Part shown: positions 9,426-20,228 of the stretch, one piece after another
Numbering within the stretch: position 1 is the first letter of the stretch
Layout: each line of letters opens with the position of its first letter
Notes under the pieces: model-generated
Seen by the model: only the letters and a program-made list of their open reading frames with translations
Databases searched by the model: none
Told to the model about the DNA's origin: nothing
Sequence record: OP168898.1
Reading direction: 5' to 3' (one strand)
Source of the DNA: Escherichia phage ZCEC14
DNA length: 64,000 nt
Program-made: the position numbers and the translations under genes

Positions 9426-9447
9426 ATGGGGACCGAAAGGTCCCCAT
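9426..9447. terminator. Bidirectional hairpin ggggacc-gaaa-ggtcccc between convergent genes
   Basis: Perfect inverted repeat between + ORF end (9421) and gp54 end (9450). Confidence 0.6.
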
Positions 9448-9449
9448 TA

Positions 9450-10415
9450 TTATATTGCTCCTAATATTTTACTTTGCGAATTGACAATTCCCGTCATAGT
9501 ATTAATGTTTGAAATGCTTCCTGCAGTTCCTCCTAATCTACTAAGTCGTGAAAGCGAATTAGATAGTCCAGTAACACCTCCACTATTTCCGAGAACGCTT
9601 TGAATACCATTTATAGCAGCAGATTCAAGCCATTCAAGCGCAGCTTGCCTATCAACTGCTCCAGCCTGCATCACTCTATACGCAAAAGTAACATCAAATG
9701 TAGTTATTTGGTTATCTCCGTCATATGATAACTCAGGAGCGCTCACTGATATTGGAATGCATCCGGTGAACATCACCGCAGTATGAGGCAATCCATTACG
9801 AGAATGAAGATTAACCTGAATATCTGCCTCGACATCTTGTGGCAAAGCACGCAGTCCAGTTACTGGGTCTTGAACAGAGTTAACCCAGTCTTGCATTGCA
9901 CGATAGTTACAAGCTTCTGAATCCATTCTAAATGAAATAACCAAAGGGTCTAATTCTCTCCCAGTTATACGAATATTAGGAGAATTATAGTTCCAGTCAG
10001 TTTCATAGGATAATCTATTCTCTGGCATTTTTACAGAATATATCATCAATCCAGATGAGTTATATGCCATGTTAAAGAAGTCAATTAAATATGTACCAAC
10101 TGTAAATGAGCCTAATAAACTTTGAACTGTACGTTGACTCATGGCACCAATAAGATATTTACTAACCCCTGATTTTCTTATCAGTTTTTGTGTGCCAGCT
10201 GTAATTAGCGTGGTAATTCCCTGATTAATATCACCTTGAGTTAATCCTAACCAATCTGAATTTAGGCCCAAGTTATTATAAGAAAAGTTGCTAATTGAAC
10301 TTATCAACGAAGAGCTTTTAGTTGATGGAGTTGTTGCAAAAACGCAGCTAAACATATTATTACGTTGGAAATCTGCATTTATTGCTTGATTATTAAATTC
10401 CTCTAAAGAATACAT
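9450..10415 (-). CDS. 54: Baseplate tail-tube initiator gp54-like (321 aa)
   Basis: Position/length in conserved 54-48-29-28-27-51 block. Confidence 0.85.
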   Translation of the reverse strand: MYSLEEFNNQAINADFQRNNMFSCVFATTPSTKSSSLISSISNFSYNNLGLNSDWLGLTQGDINQGITTLITAGTQKLIRKSGVSKYLIGAMSQRTVQSLLGSFTVGTYLIDFFNMAYNSSGLMIYSVKMPENRLSYETDWNYNSPNIRITGRELDPLVISFRMDSEACNYRAMQDWVNSVQDPVTGLRALPQDVEADIQVNLHSRNGLPHTAVMFTGCIPISVSAPELSYDGDNQITTFDVTFAYRVMQAGAVDRQAALEWLESAAINGIQSVLGNSGGVTGLSNSLSRLSRLGGTAGSISNINTMTGIVNSQSKILGAI

Positions 10416-11509
10416 TAAAAAGTCCCCGCATATAAAGAAGCACGGTTTAACGTGATAATTTCTCTCATAGTAATCTCGAGAGTAAATGTACTAGGGAGGT
10501 TTGGAGCAATAGCTAATCCGTTAAAGTTACCATTAGGTGTTTTGTCAAATCTGATGCTCTGTATTTGGCATGGACCAAATATTTCCGTTTTTCCATCAAA
10601 CTTAGATGTTGCACCAAAGTTTTTAACCATCCAAACTGTCGGGTTTGAAACTACTAGAACGTTAGTTAAACTCGATGTCATTTTCTCAAATAGTGTTTTA
10701 TTTTTAGCTGCGTCTTCCGGAGATAAAGGTTCAATTAACGTAGAACGATACCAATCATCTAAATACCCCTTTATTTCAGCAGCATATTGAGATTTACCCG
10801 TTTCACCATAAGAAAAATAGTTAAAATATTGATAGATATTAATAATAGCCATTAAATCTTCTGTTGAACGAGGAGTCAAATCCCATGTAAACACTTTAGT
10901 TCTATTTTCAGCACCACCATACATACTTCTGGCTGTCGTATAAATCTGTTCATTATTATCAGCCATTATACCTTGTGTTATACTTTCCAACGCCCCAAAT
11001 ACTGCGGTTGAAGCAATATTACTTAGCACTCCAGTAGCAGTACCTCCGCCTCTGCTGATAAGACTTTCTTGAACATCATTAAATCTATGTGATGATGTAT
11101 CAACATCAGATTTAGATCTCGGTAAAAGAATATTTGCGATAGGAGCTTTACTTATTGTTCCTGAATTATTATTTGATATTAATCCATTTGATAGTTTTGA
11201 TACTGTATTACTGATAGTGTTTCTGGCTGTACGTAAAATACTCGAAGATGAAGAAGAGTAGTTAGATCTCATCGATCTAAGACTTCCAGAATCCCTAGAT
11301 GACATATTGTATGCAGTAAATAATAATCCATTCTTATATAGATCTGTTACCTGGAAGTCCCCTGTAGTGTCATTACCACTAGCACGCCCAGTTGGAAACT
11401 GGGCAGTGTATGTTTTAGTTGTTACTTCTGATTTAGTACTCTGTCCGGCTGAAATTTTCTCACCGGACTTTTTAATTAAATCAGCAGTTATTTCTTTAAC
11501 AATTGCCAT
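10415..11509 (-). CDS. 48: Baseplate tail-tube junction protein gp48-like (364 aa)
   Basis: Synteny and length equal to T4 gp48. Confidence 0.85.
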   Translation of the reverse strand: MAIVKEITADLIKKSGEKISAGQSTKSEVTTKTYTAQFPTGRASGNDTTGDFQVTDLYKNGLLFTAYNMSSRDSGSLRSMRSNYSSSSSSILRTARNTISNTVSKLSNGLISNNNSGTISKAPIANILLPRSKSDVDTSSHRFNDVQESLISRGGGTATGVLSNIASTAVFGALESITQGIMADNNEQIYTTARSMYGGAENRTKVFTWDLTPRSTEDLMAIINIYQYFNYFSYGETGKSQYAAEIKGYLDDWYRSTLIEPLSPEDAAKNKTLFEKMTSSLTNVLVVSNPTVWMVKNFGATSKFDGKTEIFGPCQIQSIRFDKTPNGNFNGLAIAPNLPSTFTLEITMREIITLNRASLYAGTF

Positions 11510-11517
11510 ATTATTCC

Positions 11518-13290
11518 TTAATTAACTCCAGTCGCATCAAATACACCAGGAGCAGTTGTGCTCGTGACAGGTGTCATATTATGAACGACAGTATTTTTCT
11601 TAATAACATTATTAGTATTATTGATTGAAGGAGATGCTTGTTGAACAGGAGCTTGTTGTGCTTTGTTCTTTTCAATAACCTGGACTTGTTTTGCTTCTGG
11701 CGATTTAGCAGAAGTTTCAGGCTTGGCGTTAGGCTGATTTTTCTTGAGCTCTTGATAAGTAGCATCAATTTTAGAAAATCTAGCAGCAAGTTCTTTTTTA
11801 ACTGCTGGTGAATTATTTAAATCCGGGTCATCCATCCGTTTTTTAAGGTCTTCATAGGCAGCTTCAACTGATTTAACCGTTGAGTCTTTACTCATATCAG
11901 CTGAATCAGCATATTTTTCAAAGCGAATCATCGCGGCACGAGCTTCATTAGCCTTCATTAAAGCATTTTTTCTTTCTTCCGGCGAAAGTTGCTTTAATTT
12001 TTCTTCTTCCGCTGCACGTTCTTCGTCAGTTGTTAATGCTTCTTTATTATCAACACCACGAATCCAGTTAGATGCGCGAGTTTTCCAGTTCGCAATTTTA
12101 TCTAGTCCTTCTGCTATTGGACCGAGGTCTCCATTCATTCGTTTATCTTGATAATTTGCTACTTTTTCTTGGTCTTCTTTATTAAGAGATGCTCCAGTAG
12201 AATTTTGGAAATTTTCCAGTGCTCTTCCTTCTACTTCATCAGCAGTATCCTTCATGCCAGGAATGACTCGAAGAATTGCAGCAGATAATTTAGCCATACC
12301 TAATTGGATAAGTTCACCTAAATTATAAAGAACCTTTCCAAGTCCTTCTACAATAGCTACCGTCAAACCGCCCCAATCTCCCGCTTCCCAGAATTTTTTA
12401 ATTTCATCAATAGAACTAAAGATGCTTTGTAATAAAGGACCCCATGTTCCGGTTTCGCTAGAGAATTTAGTAAAGTCTGTACTAAACAAATCCCAAGCCT
12501 GCGAAAATTTATCTGACCAATATTTAAAATGAACCATCAACAGGTCTATTCCAACAACAACAGCCAATATCATTGCAGTCATTTTAGCAGCTTCAATAGC
12601 AGCGCTGACGGTATACTTAAATAACATGCTTGATATTTTATCAGTAATTGAAATGGATTTCTTAAATCCAAAATCAACAGTCTTTGTTAATTTATCTAAA
12701 GATTGAGATAATTTTAAGTTAAATGCGTCTTTTTTCTGTTTTTCTTCTGGCGATTCTTGTTTGGGCTCAACTGGTTGAGGAGTAGGGAAAAAATCAGCAT
12801 CAGGATCATTATTAACTGCTTCAGGAGCCGGTAATAAAGGACCCACAGATTCAGCTGTATCATCCTCAACGACTTTAACAGGAATAGCGCTTTCAACAGT
12901 GGCTAAACTGGTTCCTGTTTGTTGAATTCCAGCTGTCTGAATTTTTTGCTCTAATAAACTCGTTAATTTATCTAATTTACTCCCGAGCGATTCACCGATT
13001 TCTTTATTAATATTGTTGCCAATTTCGACAGTTTCAGCAATTAACTCAGAACCAGCAGTAGTATCACTCACTGCGTTTTCTACGTTGTCAATTGCTCCAA
13101 TTATTTCATTCGATTTTTCTTCGACAGTTTGAGCAATTAATTCAGAAGCAGCTTGAGCATCATCCAATTTCGTAGATATATCGTTAAGTCCAGATAAAGT
13201 GTTAGAAGCGGATTTAGCCGCTTCCTGTGTTGGTTTATTATCTGAAATAACTTTTCTACGCATCGTTTGCATTTCTTGTGGCTTTTTCAT
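11518..13290 (-). CDS. 29: Tail tape-measure protein gp29-like (590 aa)
   Basis: Synteny, length, coiled-coil-rich composition. Confidence 0.85.
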   Translation of the reverse strand: MKKPQEMQTMRRKVISDNKPTQEAAKSASNTLSGLNDISTKLDDAQAASELIAQTVEEKSNEIIGAIDNVENAVSDTTAGSELIAETVEIGNNINKEIGESLGSKLDKLTSLLEQKIQTAGIQQTGTSLATVESAIPVKVVEDDTAESVGPLLPAPEAVNNDPDADFFPTPQPVEPKQESPEEKQKKDAFNLKLSQSLDKLTKTVDFGFKKSISITDKISSMLFKYTVSAAIEAAKMTAMILAVVVGIDLLMVHFKYWSDKFSQAWDLFSTDFTKFSSETGTWGPLLQSIFSSIDEIKKFWEAGDWGGLTVAIVEGLGKVLYNLGELIQLGMAKLSAAILRVIPGMKDTADEVEGRALENFQNSTGASLNKEDQEKVANYQDKRMNGDLGPIAEGLDKIANWKTRASNWIRGVDNKEALTTDEERAAEEEKLKQLSPEERKNALMKANEARAAMIRFEKYADSADMSKDSTVKSVEAAYEDLKKRMDDPDLNNSPAVKKELAARFSKIDATYQELKKNQPNAKPETSAKSPEAKQVQVIEKNKAQQAPVQQASPSINNTNNVIKKNTVVHNMTPVTSTTAPGVFDATGVN

Positions 13291-13820
13291 TCAAATAATC
13301 CAATAATATTGCCAATTCCGGTTATTGGACCATTAGGGCCAGGAATTGCTAAAGTTGTAAAAATATCATTTGCCCATTTTAAAACGAATGCTGGCATCTC
13401 AAGAAAATTAATTTCTTTAACTTCATCATTGACCTTAAGCAAGCATTTGGATAACATATCGCTCACAGTTAAAAATTGTTCAAATTTTCCAGGAGGTCTA
13501 AAATAAAATGTATTTCCTTGGTATTGAAATTCTAATCTTTGGCACACATAAACATCATTAATGTCATAAGTATAACCATCTATTTCTTTACGAGATTTAA
13601 TCTTTCCATTAAATTCCAATAAATGAATGGAAACGAAATCAACTTCTGCTGGTGATAAATTCGGACAAATAGAATCAATAAGAAGTTTTAAATTTTCATC
13701 AGGTCCTTTAACATCTTTTAAAATGTTATAATGTTTAAGACCCATTTTAGGAATAGAAACTTCTTTATTGCTTATTGGAAGAACTACTTTCTTCAGTGGT
13801 AGTATCAGATTTAAATTCAT
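13287..13820 (-). CDS. 28: Baseplate distal hub gp28-like (177 aa)
   Basis: Synteny and length. Confidence 0.8.
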   Translation of the reverse strand: MNLNLILPLKKVVLPISNKEVSIPKMGLKHYNILKDVKGPDENLKLLIDSICPNLSPAEVDFVSIHLLEFNGKIKSRKEIDGYTYDINDVYVCQRLEFQYQGNTFYFRPPGKFEQFLTVSDMLSKCLLKVNDEVKEINFLEMPAFVLKWANDIFTTLAIPGPNGPITGIGNIIGLFE

Positions 13821-14940
13821 TTTTAACCTTAACTGGGTCTATTGTTTCCAGTTTCGTTGCATTAGTGAACATATAAAGATGAGTTACTGAATTATTATTG
13901 GATAATTCATGGATAACTTCATCAACGTAAAATTCTGTTTTAAATTGGTTTTTACTATCATTAAAAATAATTTTAACGCCAGGAGTCAAGTTAAAATTAC
14001 CGACAGTAGAACATTTAGCATAGCCGTCATATTGTGCCATAGTTTGAAGACGAATAGCTTCTTCATATCCATTCCTATAAGTCATTTCAGAATAAGCACC
14101 TGACCTTGACACTACAATAGAGTTTTCACCCTTTCCTGTAGTAATCATTGGTATTGAAGAATCTAAAAATGAATGCGCATAGATAGTAGCATTTTTCATT
14201 GGGTCACGTTTGTGAGGATTCGATTTAGTCAACCAAACGAAATCATATGCTAATGGATATTTTAATTCTTGGACAAATTGACCTATTAAAGATGGCTCAC
14301 CGACAATCATTGGATATGGTTCTTGATTTATCATCATATCATAGTCCATCATGTTAACTCCCATGATGTCTTGCCACACAAATACAAATTTGTCACTTCC
14401 TACAGCTAGAGCAACTTCTCTTACATATGACAAATAGTTTTCAAATGTGCTAGTCCATGGAATATCAGGAACATAAGCATTTATAGCATTTATTGCTGGA
14501 GTTAATAATGTGCGATCCTGATAAATGACACCAAGCATTTCTTTTATAGATTCACCTGCATCAGGGAAAAATGGTCTACCAAATTTAAGATTTTCTATAG
14601 AATGAATAGTTCCCAATTCAATAGCAATGATGTTATCACCTTTTGAATCTACTGACACGGAAAAATGCTTACATCCATAAATTCGTGTTTTAACATTATT
14701 AATATCATTTGCATTAGCTACAGAAATCTGAATTATTTCATTTCCATCCATTTTTGTATGGATGTTTTTAGAATCATAAAACTGCAACATTCCTTCATTT
14801 CGGCCATAAAGAGAATCCCGCATAGTTAATGTGGTAATAGTAGCAGCTAATTCAACAAATCTATTATTACTCCAAGCGTCGTAGCTATCAAATAATTTAA
14901 CGCTGAGATTTGGATATCCGGGGCGTTGCAACATACTCAT
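13765..14940 (-). CDS. 27: Baseplate hub gp27-like (391 aa)
   Basis: Synteny and length. Confidence 0.85.
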   Translation of the reverse strand: MSMLQRPGYPNLSVKLFDSYDAWSNNRFVELAATITTLTMRDSLYGRNEGMLQFYDSKNIHTKMDGNEIIQISVANANDINNVKTRIYGCKHFSVSVDSKGDNIIAIELGTIHSIENLKFGRPFFPDAGESIKEMLGVIYQDRTLLTPAINAINAYVPDIPWTSTFENYLSYVREVALAVGSDKFVFVWQDIMGVNMMDYDMMINQEPYPMIVGEPSLIGQFVQELKYPLAYDFVWLTKSNPHKRDPMKNATIYAHSFLDSSIPMITTGKGENSIVVSRSGAYSEMTYRNGYEEAIRLQTMAQYDGYAKCSTVGNFNLTPGVKIIFNDSKNQFKTEFYVDEVIHELSNNNSVTHLYMFTNATKLETIDPVKVKNEFKSDTTTEESSSSNKQ

Positions 14941-15689
14941 TATTGTTTATCCTTCTCAATCAGTTTTAATACGAATCCGCGCTCAGCAGGAATCATTTTC
15001 ATTATTGAATTTAAGCTATAATTACTTTTTACGAGTGTGTGATTAATTTGATAAAAAGTAAATATCTCATCTGGGTTAACTAATAGCTTAAACACGTCTA
15101 CTATATCAGTGTATTTTTTAACGTACTTATTACAGCATGACATATGTAGAGTTAAATTAATAGGATTCATTGCATCGAGAATTTTTTCTAATGTTTCTAT
15201 CTCGATGGCGTCAACTAGTTCTATTTGACTGGACTCGCTAATTTCCTTCCAATCATACCATATTTCATCTACTTGAACAGAATGAATATTTTCAGTAATC
15301 ATCTTTGCTTTATTTTCATAAAACTCAGAAGGAAACTTTAATTTAATTTTAACATTAGCTACATCAAAAACAGGTTCCTTTAATTCTTTTTGATATATTT
15401 CAAATGGAACTGTCTTTTCTTTTTTACATTTTGGACATACAAATGTGACCGGTACTTTAGTTTTACCTATTGACCCTACAAATACCTGCAAAAATATAAA
15501 TGGTTGCCAAGTCTTCGGATAGTCTCCAAAATAATCATCAATTAAATCAGTAATTATTTCTTTTTGTTCTTGTGGTGACCGATGTTCTATATCGTTTCGA
15601 ACTAACAAAAAATCTCGATAATCTTCTACCGTAAATGGTTTAAAACGATGAACACCATCTGGTAATTTACAACGAATAATGTTTGCCAT
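14940..15689 (-). CDS. 51: Baseplate hub assembly protein gp51-like (249 aa)
   Basis: Synteny and length. Confidence 0.8.
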   Translation of the reverse strand: MANIIRCKLPDGVHRFKPFTVEDYRDFLLVRNDIEHRSPQEQKEIITDLIDDYFGDYPKTWQPFIFLQVFVGSIGKTKVPVTFVCPKCKKEKTVPFEIYQKELKEPVFDVANVKIKLKFPSEFYENKAKMITENIHSVQVDEIWYDWKEISESSQIELVDAIEIETLEKILDAMNPINLTLHMSCCNKYVKKYTDIVDVFKLLVNPDEIFTFYQINHTLVKSNYSLNSIMKMIPAERGFVLKLIEKDKQ

Positions 15690-15706
15690 AGATGCTCCTT
15701 TTATTC

Positions 15707-15714
15707 TATTTATA
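15707..15714 (-). promoter_or_regulatory. Late promoter TATAAATA (minus strand) upstream of gene 51
   Basis: tatttata on + strand = TATAAATA on -. Confidence 0.45.
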
Positions 15715-15718
15715 AATA
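15711..15718 (+). promoter_or_regulatory. Late promoter TATAAATA upstream of gene 26
   Basis: Exact TATAAATA 23 nt upstream of ATG 15741. Confidence 0.5.
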
Positions 15719-15740
15719 TGATAAATAAAGGAGCTAAAAT

Positions 15741-16367
15741 ATGTATGAATACAAATTTGATGTGAGAGTTGGTTCTAAAATAATCAATTGTCGCGCATTC
15801 ACGCTTAAAGAATATCTAGAACTTATTACTGCCAAAAATAATGGTTCCGTAGAAGTAGTTGTTAAAAAGCTAATCAAAGACTGCACAAATGCAAAAGATT
15901 TAAACCGCCAAGAATCAGAACTATTGTTGATTCATTTATGGGCACATTCTCTCGGTGAAGTTAATCACGAAAACTCCTGGAAGTGCACCTGTGGAACTGA
16001 AATACCAACCCATATAAATCTATTACATACACAAATAGATGCACCAGAAGACCTCTGGTATACACTGGGTGACATTAAAATTAAATTCCGATACCCTAAA
16101 ATTTTTGATGATAAAAATATAGCCCACATGATAGTATCATGCATAGAAACGATTCATGCTAACGGGGAAAGCATTCCAGTTGAAGACTTAAATGAAAAAG
16201 AACTGGAAGATTTATACTCTATCATCACAGAGTCAGATATTGTAGCTATAAAAGATATGCTTTTAAAGCCTACTGTTTATTTGGCTGTTCCAATTAAGTG
16301 TCCAGAGTGTGGAAAAACCCATGCTCACGTAATAAGAGGCCTCAAAGAGTTCTTTGAGTTACTATAA
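15741..16367 (+). CDS. 26: Baseplate hub gp26-like (208 aa)
   Basis: Synteny and length. Confidence 0.8.
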   Translation: MYEYKFDVRVGSKIINCRAFTLKEYLELITAKNNGSVEVVVKKLIKDCTNAKDLNRQESELLLIHLWAHSLGEVNHENSWKCTCGTEIPTHINLLHTQIDAPEDLWYTLGDIKIKFRYPKIFDDKNIAHMIVSCIETIHANGESIPVEDLNEKELEDLYSIITESDIVAIKDMLLKPTVYLAVPIKCPECGKTHAHVIRGLKEFFELL

Positions 16368-16765
16368 TGGCAAATATTAATAAGCTTTATTCTGACATTG
16401 ACCCGGAAATGAAAATGGATTGGAACAAAGACGTTTCCAGATCGCTTGGATTAAGGTCAATTAAAAACAGTCTTTTAGGAATTATTACAACAAGAAAAGG
16501 TTCAAGACCGTTTGACCCTGAATTTGGATGTGATTTATCAGATCAGCTTTTTGAAAATATGACTCCTCTTACTGCTGACACAGTTGAGCGCAATATCGAA
16601 AGCGCAGTAAGAAACTATGAGCCGCGTATTGATAAATTATCAGTTAATGTGATACCCGTTTATGACGATTATACTCTGATAGTAGAAATACGCTTTTCGG
16701 TCATCGATAACCCCGATGATATTGAGCAGATAAAACTGCAACTGGCTTCCAGTAATAGAGTATAA
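16367..16765 (+). CDS. 25: Baseplate wedge gp25-like (132 aa)
   Basis: Synteny and length. Confidence 0.85.
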   Translation: MANINKLYSDIDPEMKMDWNKDVSRSLGLRSIKNSLLGIITTRKGSRPFDPEFGCDLSDQLFENMTPLTADTVERNIESAVRNYEPRIDKLSVNVIPVYDDYTLIVEIRFSVIDNPDDIEQIKLQLASSNRV

Positions 16766-16791
16766 TGCTTCACGTATAAACGTGGTATAAT
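16764..16791 (+). promoter_or_regulatory. T4 middle-type promoter: MotA-box-like aatgcttca plus tggTATAAT
   Basis: MotA box consensus (a/t)(a/t)TGCTT(t/c)A about 13 nt upstream of TATAAT; upstream of uvsY. Confidence 0.5.
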
Positions 16792-16831
16792 GAATCTAAG
16801 TCCATCCAATAACAATTGAATAGAGAACAAT

Positions 16832-17245
16832 ATGAGATTAGAAGATCTTCAAGAAGAATTGAAGAAAGATGTGTTTATAGATTCGACTAAATTACAGTAT
16901 GAAGCAGCTAATAATGTGATGTTATATAGTAAATGGCTTAATAAGCATTCAAGTATTAAAAAGGAAATGCTTAGAATTGAAGCACAGAAAAAAGTTGCTC
17001 TTAAAGCTAAATTAGACTACTACTCGGGACGAGGAGATGGTGATGAATTTAGTATGGATCGTTACGAGAAATCAGAAATGAAGACAGTTCTATCAGCTGA
17101 TAAGGATGTTTTAAAGGTTGATACCTCGTTACAGTATTGGGGGATTTTATTAGATTTCTGTAGCGGAGCTCTTGATGCTATTAAATCACGTGGATTTGCT
17201 ATTAAGCATATTCAAGACATGCGGGCATTTGAGGCTGGAAAATAA
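16832..17245 (+). CDS. uvsY: Recombination mediator UvsY-like (137 aa)
   Basis: Length and position as in T4. Confidence 0.85.
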   Translation: MRLEDLQEELKKDVFIDSTKLQYEAANNVMLYSKWLNKHSSIKKEMLRIEAQKKVALKAKLDYYSGRGDGDEFSMDRYEKSEMKTVLSADKDVLKVDTSLQYWGILLDFCSGALDAIKSRGFAIKHIQDMRAFEAGK

Positions 17246-17469
17246 TGAAATACAGCATTGATGATGCTTTTAATTATGAAGAAGAATTTGAAACGGAAAT
17301 TCAATTCTTAATGAAAAAGTATAATCTCAAGCGTCAGGATATTCGTGTCCTGTCCGATCACCCGTGTGGTGAAGATGTCCTTTATATTAAAGGAAAATTT
17401 GCCGGATATCTTGATGAATATTTTTATTCTAAAGATATGGGCATTGATATGCATATGAGAGTTGTATAA
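17245..17469 (+). CDS. Hypothetical protein (74 aa, uvsY.-1 position)
   Basis: ORF with ATGA overlap to uvsY. Confidence 0.6.
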   Translation: MKYSIDDAFNYEEEFETEIQFLMKKYNLKRQDIRVLSDHPCGEDVLYIKGKFAGYLDEYFYSKDMGIDMHMRVV

Positions 17470-17472
17470 ATA
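17465..17472 (+). promoter_or_regulatory. Late promoter TATAAATA
   Basis: Exact motif upstream of small ORF 17498. Confidence 0.45.
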
Positions 17473-17497
17473 GATATATAATTCAGAGGAGACAATC

Positions 17498-17665
17498 ATG
17501 TCAGATAAGATTTGTGTTGTCTGTAAAACTCCAATCGATTCTGCATTGGTTGTTGAAACAGACAAAGGTCCTGTACATCCTGGGCCTTGCTATAATTACA
17601 TTAAAGAACTACCAGTTTCAGAAAGTTCGGAAGAACAATTAAATGAAACACAACTTTTGCTATAG
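17498..17665 (+). CDS. Small Cys-rich protein (55 aa; CxxC...H...C), absent from ORF track because <60 aa
   Basis: ATG with RBS gaggagacaatcATG; translation MSDKICVVCKTPIDSALVVETDKGPVHPGPCYNY... Confidence 0.5.
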   Translation: MSDKICVVCKTPIDSALVVETDKGPVHPGPCYNYIKELPVSESSEEQLNETQLLL

Positions 17666-17685
17666 TGTGACCTTTAGTCTATAGT

Positions 17686-17716
17686 TTTGGCCCTTCCTTT
17701 TTGGTTGGGCCTTTTT
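17686..17716. terminator. Hairpin ggccc...gggcc with flanking T-runs between convergent genes
   Basis: Inverted repeat and T-tracts in sequence. Confidence 0.4.
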
Positions 17717-17720
17717 TAAT

Positions 17721-17963
17721 TTAAAAGCTTTCTTCTACTTCATCGTCTGAATCTTCTAATTCAGCTCTTTTTCCTGCCAAAGCATCTCTGACTGAGATGT
17801 CATCAGTATCTTTTAATTCAGTTTCTTTAACTCTTTTCTTATAATAAGCTTCAAGTTCTTCTAAACCTTCTAATGTTTGACAAGAGGCAATTTTACCCAT
17901 AAATTCATCAATAGAAGCTTCATAAAGAAATTGTTTAAATTCTAGTAACATCTTTTTCTCCAA
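17721..17963 (-). CDS. Hypothetical acidic protein (80 aa, uvsW.1 position)
   Basis: ORF immediately downstream of uvsW on - strand. Confidence 0.6.
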   Translation of the reverse strand: MEKKMLLEFKQFLYEASIDEFMGKIASCQTLEGLEELEAYYKKRVKETELKDTDDISVRDALAGKRAELEDSDDEVEESF

Positions 17964-17976
17964 AGGGCCGAAGCCC

Positions 17977-19488
17977 TTATAAATTAACTGTTTTCATTAC
18001 GTAATTAAATTTTTCATCTGCGTAGCGCTGAATACGATCAATGCCGTGTTTTAAAAGATAGTTCAAATGAACATATTTCTTTTTAGTATTAGCAGATTTT
18101 GGCTTAACACCACAATCATCTATGAGGTCCCAGACTGTTGCTATTGTCTTAGAACCATGCTTACGTAATACACGACCGATTGTTTGTAATACAATGATTT
18201 TTGATTTAACACCGTGCGCTAAAACAACGTGATGCAGATTTTTAACTGAAATACCAGTAGAAAATACACCATAACTAGCTACTATAATTATTCCTTTACC
18301 ATTTTCAGCTAAGGTTTTCATTATATTGCGGGTTTCGGTATCAACTTCCCCTGATACGTAATAAACTTTATCGTATTCATTTTTAATTAAATCGAAAATA
18401 GCTTTACCGTGCGATACATGTTTAAACATGACAAAAGCGTTTTCATCTTTTTGCGCAAGCTTAATAGCTAATTTCGCGATCCATTTATTTCTTTTACTAA
18501 GCCCAGTAATAATTTTTATTTCTTCTTGATAAGTTTTTCCCTTTAATTTAGTAGTGAACTCATCAGGATAGCGAAGAAAAATACTATTAATTTTTAACTC
18601 AGTTACTTGTCCATCTTCCATTAATTTAGAAGTCGTTACTGGTTTAAATATTTCACCAAACATTCCAACGTACTGCATGATATTGGCTTTGCCATCACGT
18701 AATGAACCTGATAGACCAAATTTAAACATACAGTTATTTAAACCTGATATGATAGATGAAATACTTTTTCCTGTAGCAAGATGACATTCATCATTCATCA
18801 TCATTCCAAACTGTGAGAACCATTCTTTTGGTTGTTTAACTACAGTTTGCCATGTACCAACAACGACTGGTGCATCATTTTTATATTTATCATCTTTTGA
18901 TGCTCCTCCACCGATTTTCTTTATCATTGCATGACTGAATAAACGATAGTCAACGAAGTCATCAGCCATCTGAGTTGTCAGAGCGGTTGTTGGAACAATG
19001 ATAAGAATTTTACCTTCATAATTTTCCAAATAATACCGAGCAAGCAAAGCTTGAATTAAAGATTTACCTGCGGATGTTGGAAGATTAAGAATTCTACGAC
19101 GATTAACTAATCCTTCGAACACTGCATCTTTTTGATACCAGTGTGGTTCAATTCTTTTATTTCCTGAATAGATTTCTAATTTAGAAAGCCATTCATCAAA
19201 ATCTTTTCTTGATAATTCTTCTTTTTCGTTAATCTGTGGGTCAATCCAGGCTTTATAGCCAAAGTTATCACAGAACTTTTTAATTTGCCCGACTAAGCCG
19301 AATGGAAGAAGGCGATTATAATCTAAAAGACGGATTCGTCCATCCCAGTGGCCATATTTGTATTTCGGATTAAAACGATACCCATCAGCTTCAAAGCTAA
19401 AGAAATCACGGAGTTCATGAAATGTACTTTCTTCACAATCAATTCTCACGTGACTAAAATCATAAAAATGTACTTTAATGTCAGTCAT
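17977..19488 (-). CDS. uvsW: UvsW-like SF2 DNA/RNA helicase (503 aa)
   Basis: Walker A PTSAGKS and DECH box (MNDECH) in translation; length as T4 UvsW. Confidence 0.85.
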   Translation of the reverse strand: MTDIKVHFYDFSHVRIDCEESTFHELRDFFSFEADGYRFNPKYKYGHWDGRIRLLDYNRLLPFGLVGQIKKFCDNFGYKAWIDPQINEKEELSRKDFDEWLSKLEIYSGNKRIEPHWYQKDAVFEGLVNRRRILNLPTSAGKSLIQALLARYYLENYEGKILIIVPTTALTTQMADDFVDYRLFSHAMIKKIGGGASKDDKYKNDAPVVVGTWQTVVKQPKEWFSQFGMMMNDECHLATGKSISSIISGLNNCMFKFGLSGSLRDGKANIMQYVGMFGEIFKPVTTSKLMEDGQVTELKINSIFLRYPDEFTTKLKGKTYQEEIKIITGLSKRNKWIAKLAIKLAQKDENAFVMFKHVSHGKAIFDLIKNEYDKVYYVSGEVDTETRNIMKTLAENGKGIIIVASYGVFSTGISVKNLHHVVLAHGVKSKIIVLQTIGRVLRKHGSKTIATVWDLIDDCGVKPKSANTKKKYVHLNYLLKHGIDRIQRYADEKFNYVMKTVNL

Positions 19489-19517
19489 GTCTAAATACCA
19501 TGTAATAAATATATCTA

Positions 19518-19525
19518 TATTTATA
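19518..19525 (-). promoter_or_regulatory. Late promoter TATAAATA (minus) upstream of uvsW
   Basis: tatttata on + strand about 30 nt upstream of uvsW start. Confidence 0.4.
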
Positions 19526-19538
19526 CTGAGGAAATATT

Positions 19539-20219
19539 ATGATAGATAAAGATTATATTGCAGAGCTGAAGGCTCTTGATGATAATAAAGAAGCTAAAGC
19601 TAAATTAGCTGAATACGCTGAACAGTTTGGTATAAAGGTCAAAAAGAATAAATCTTTTGATAATATCGTTGTTGATATTGAAGAAGCCCTCCAGAAGCTC
19701 GCTAGTGAACCTATGCCGGAGACTGATGGGTTATCTATTAAAGACTTAATTGATGCTGCTGATGCTGCAGAGGGATTAAAATATGACGATGAAGAAGTCA
19801 ATCCAGAAGCAGCACTTCTGATTGATTCTCCGGTTAAATCTGACATTAAAATTGAAGTAGTAGAAACGGATAAAATTCCTGAAAATACTGATATTTTGAT
19901 TGAAGATACTCCCTTTGTTGAAGAAAAATTTGAACAGGCTGTATCTGAGATTATTGAATCTGAAAAGCCGTCTGTATTTACTCTTCCGGAAAACTTTAGT
20001 CCGAATCTTCAGCTGATTGGAAAAAATCCAGGATTCTGCACTGTTCCTTGGTGGATTTATCAATGGATCGCTGAAACTCCGGATTGGAAATCTCACCCAA
20101 CTAGTTTTGAACATGCGTCAGCACACCAAACTTTATTTAGCTTAATTTATTACATTAACCGTGACGGATCAGTTTTAATTCGTGAAACACGCAACTCTTC
20201 TTTCGTAACATTAAAATAA
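19539..20219 (+). CDS. inh: Inh-like inhibitor of prohead protease (226 aa)
   Basis: Length and position as in T4. Confidence 0.75.
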   Translation: MIDKDYIAELKALDDNKEAKAKLAEYAEQFGIKVKKNKSFDNIVVDIEEALQKLASEPMPETDGLSIKDLIDAADAAEGLKYDDEEVNPEAALLIDSPVKSDIKIEVVETDKIPENTDILIEDTPFVEEKFEQAVSEIIESEKPSVFTLPENFSPNLQLIGKNPGFCTVPWWIYQWIAETPDWKSHPTSFEHASAHQTLFSLIYYINRDGSVLIRETRNSSFVTLK

Positions 20220-20228
20220 GGATAACTT

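Noticed and set aside
19553-20114. Minus-strand ORFs (97 and 112 aa) overlapping inh
   Set aside because: Antisense to a well-supported gene; composition typical of out-of-frame translation.
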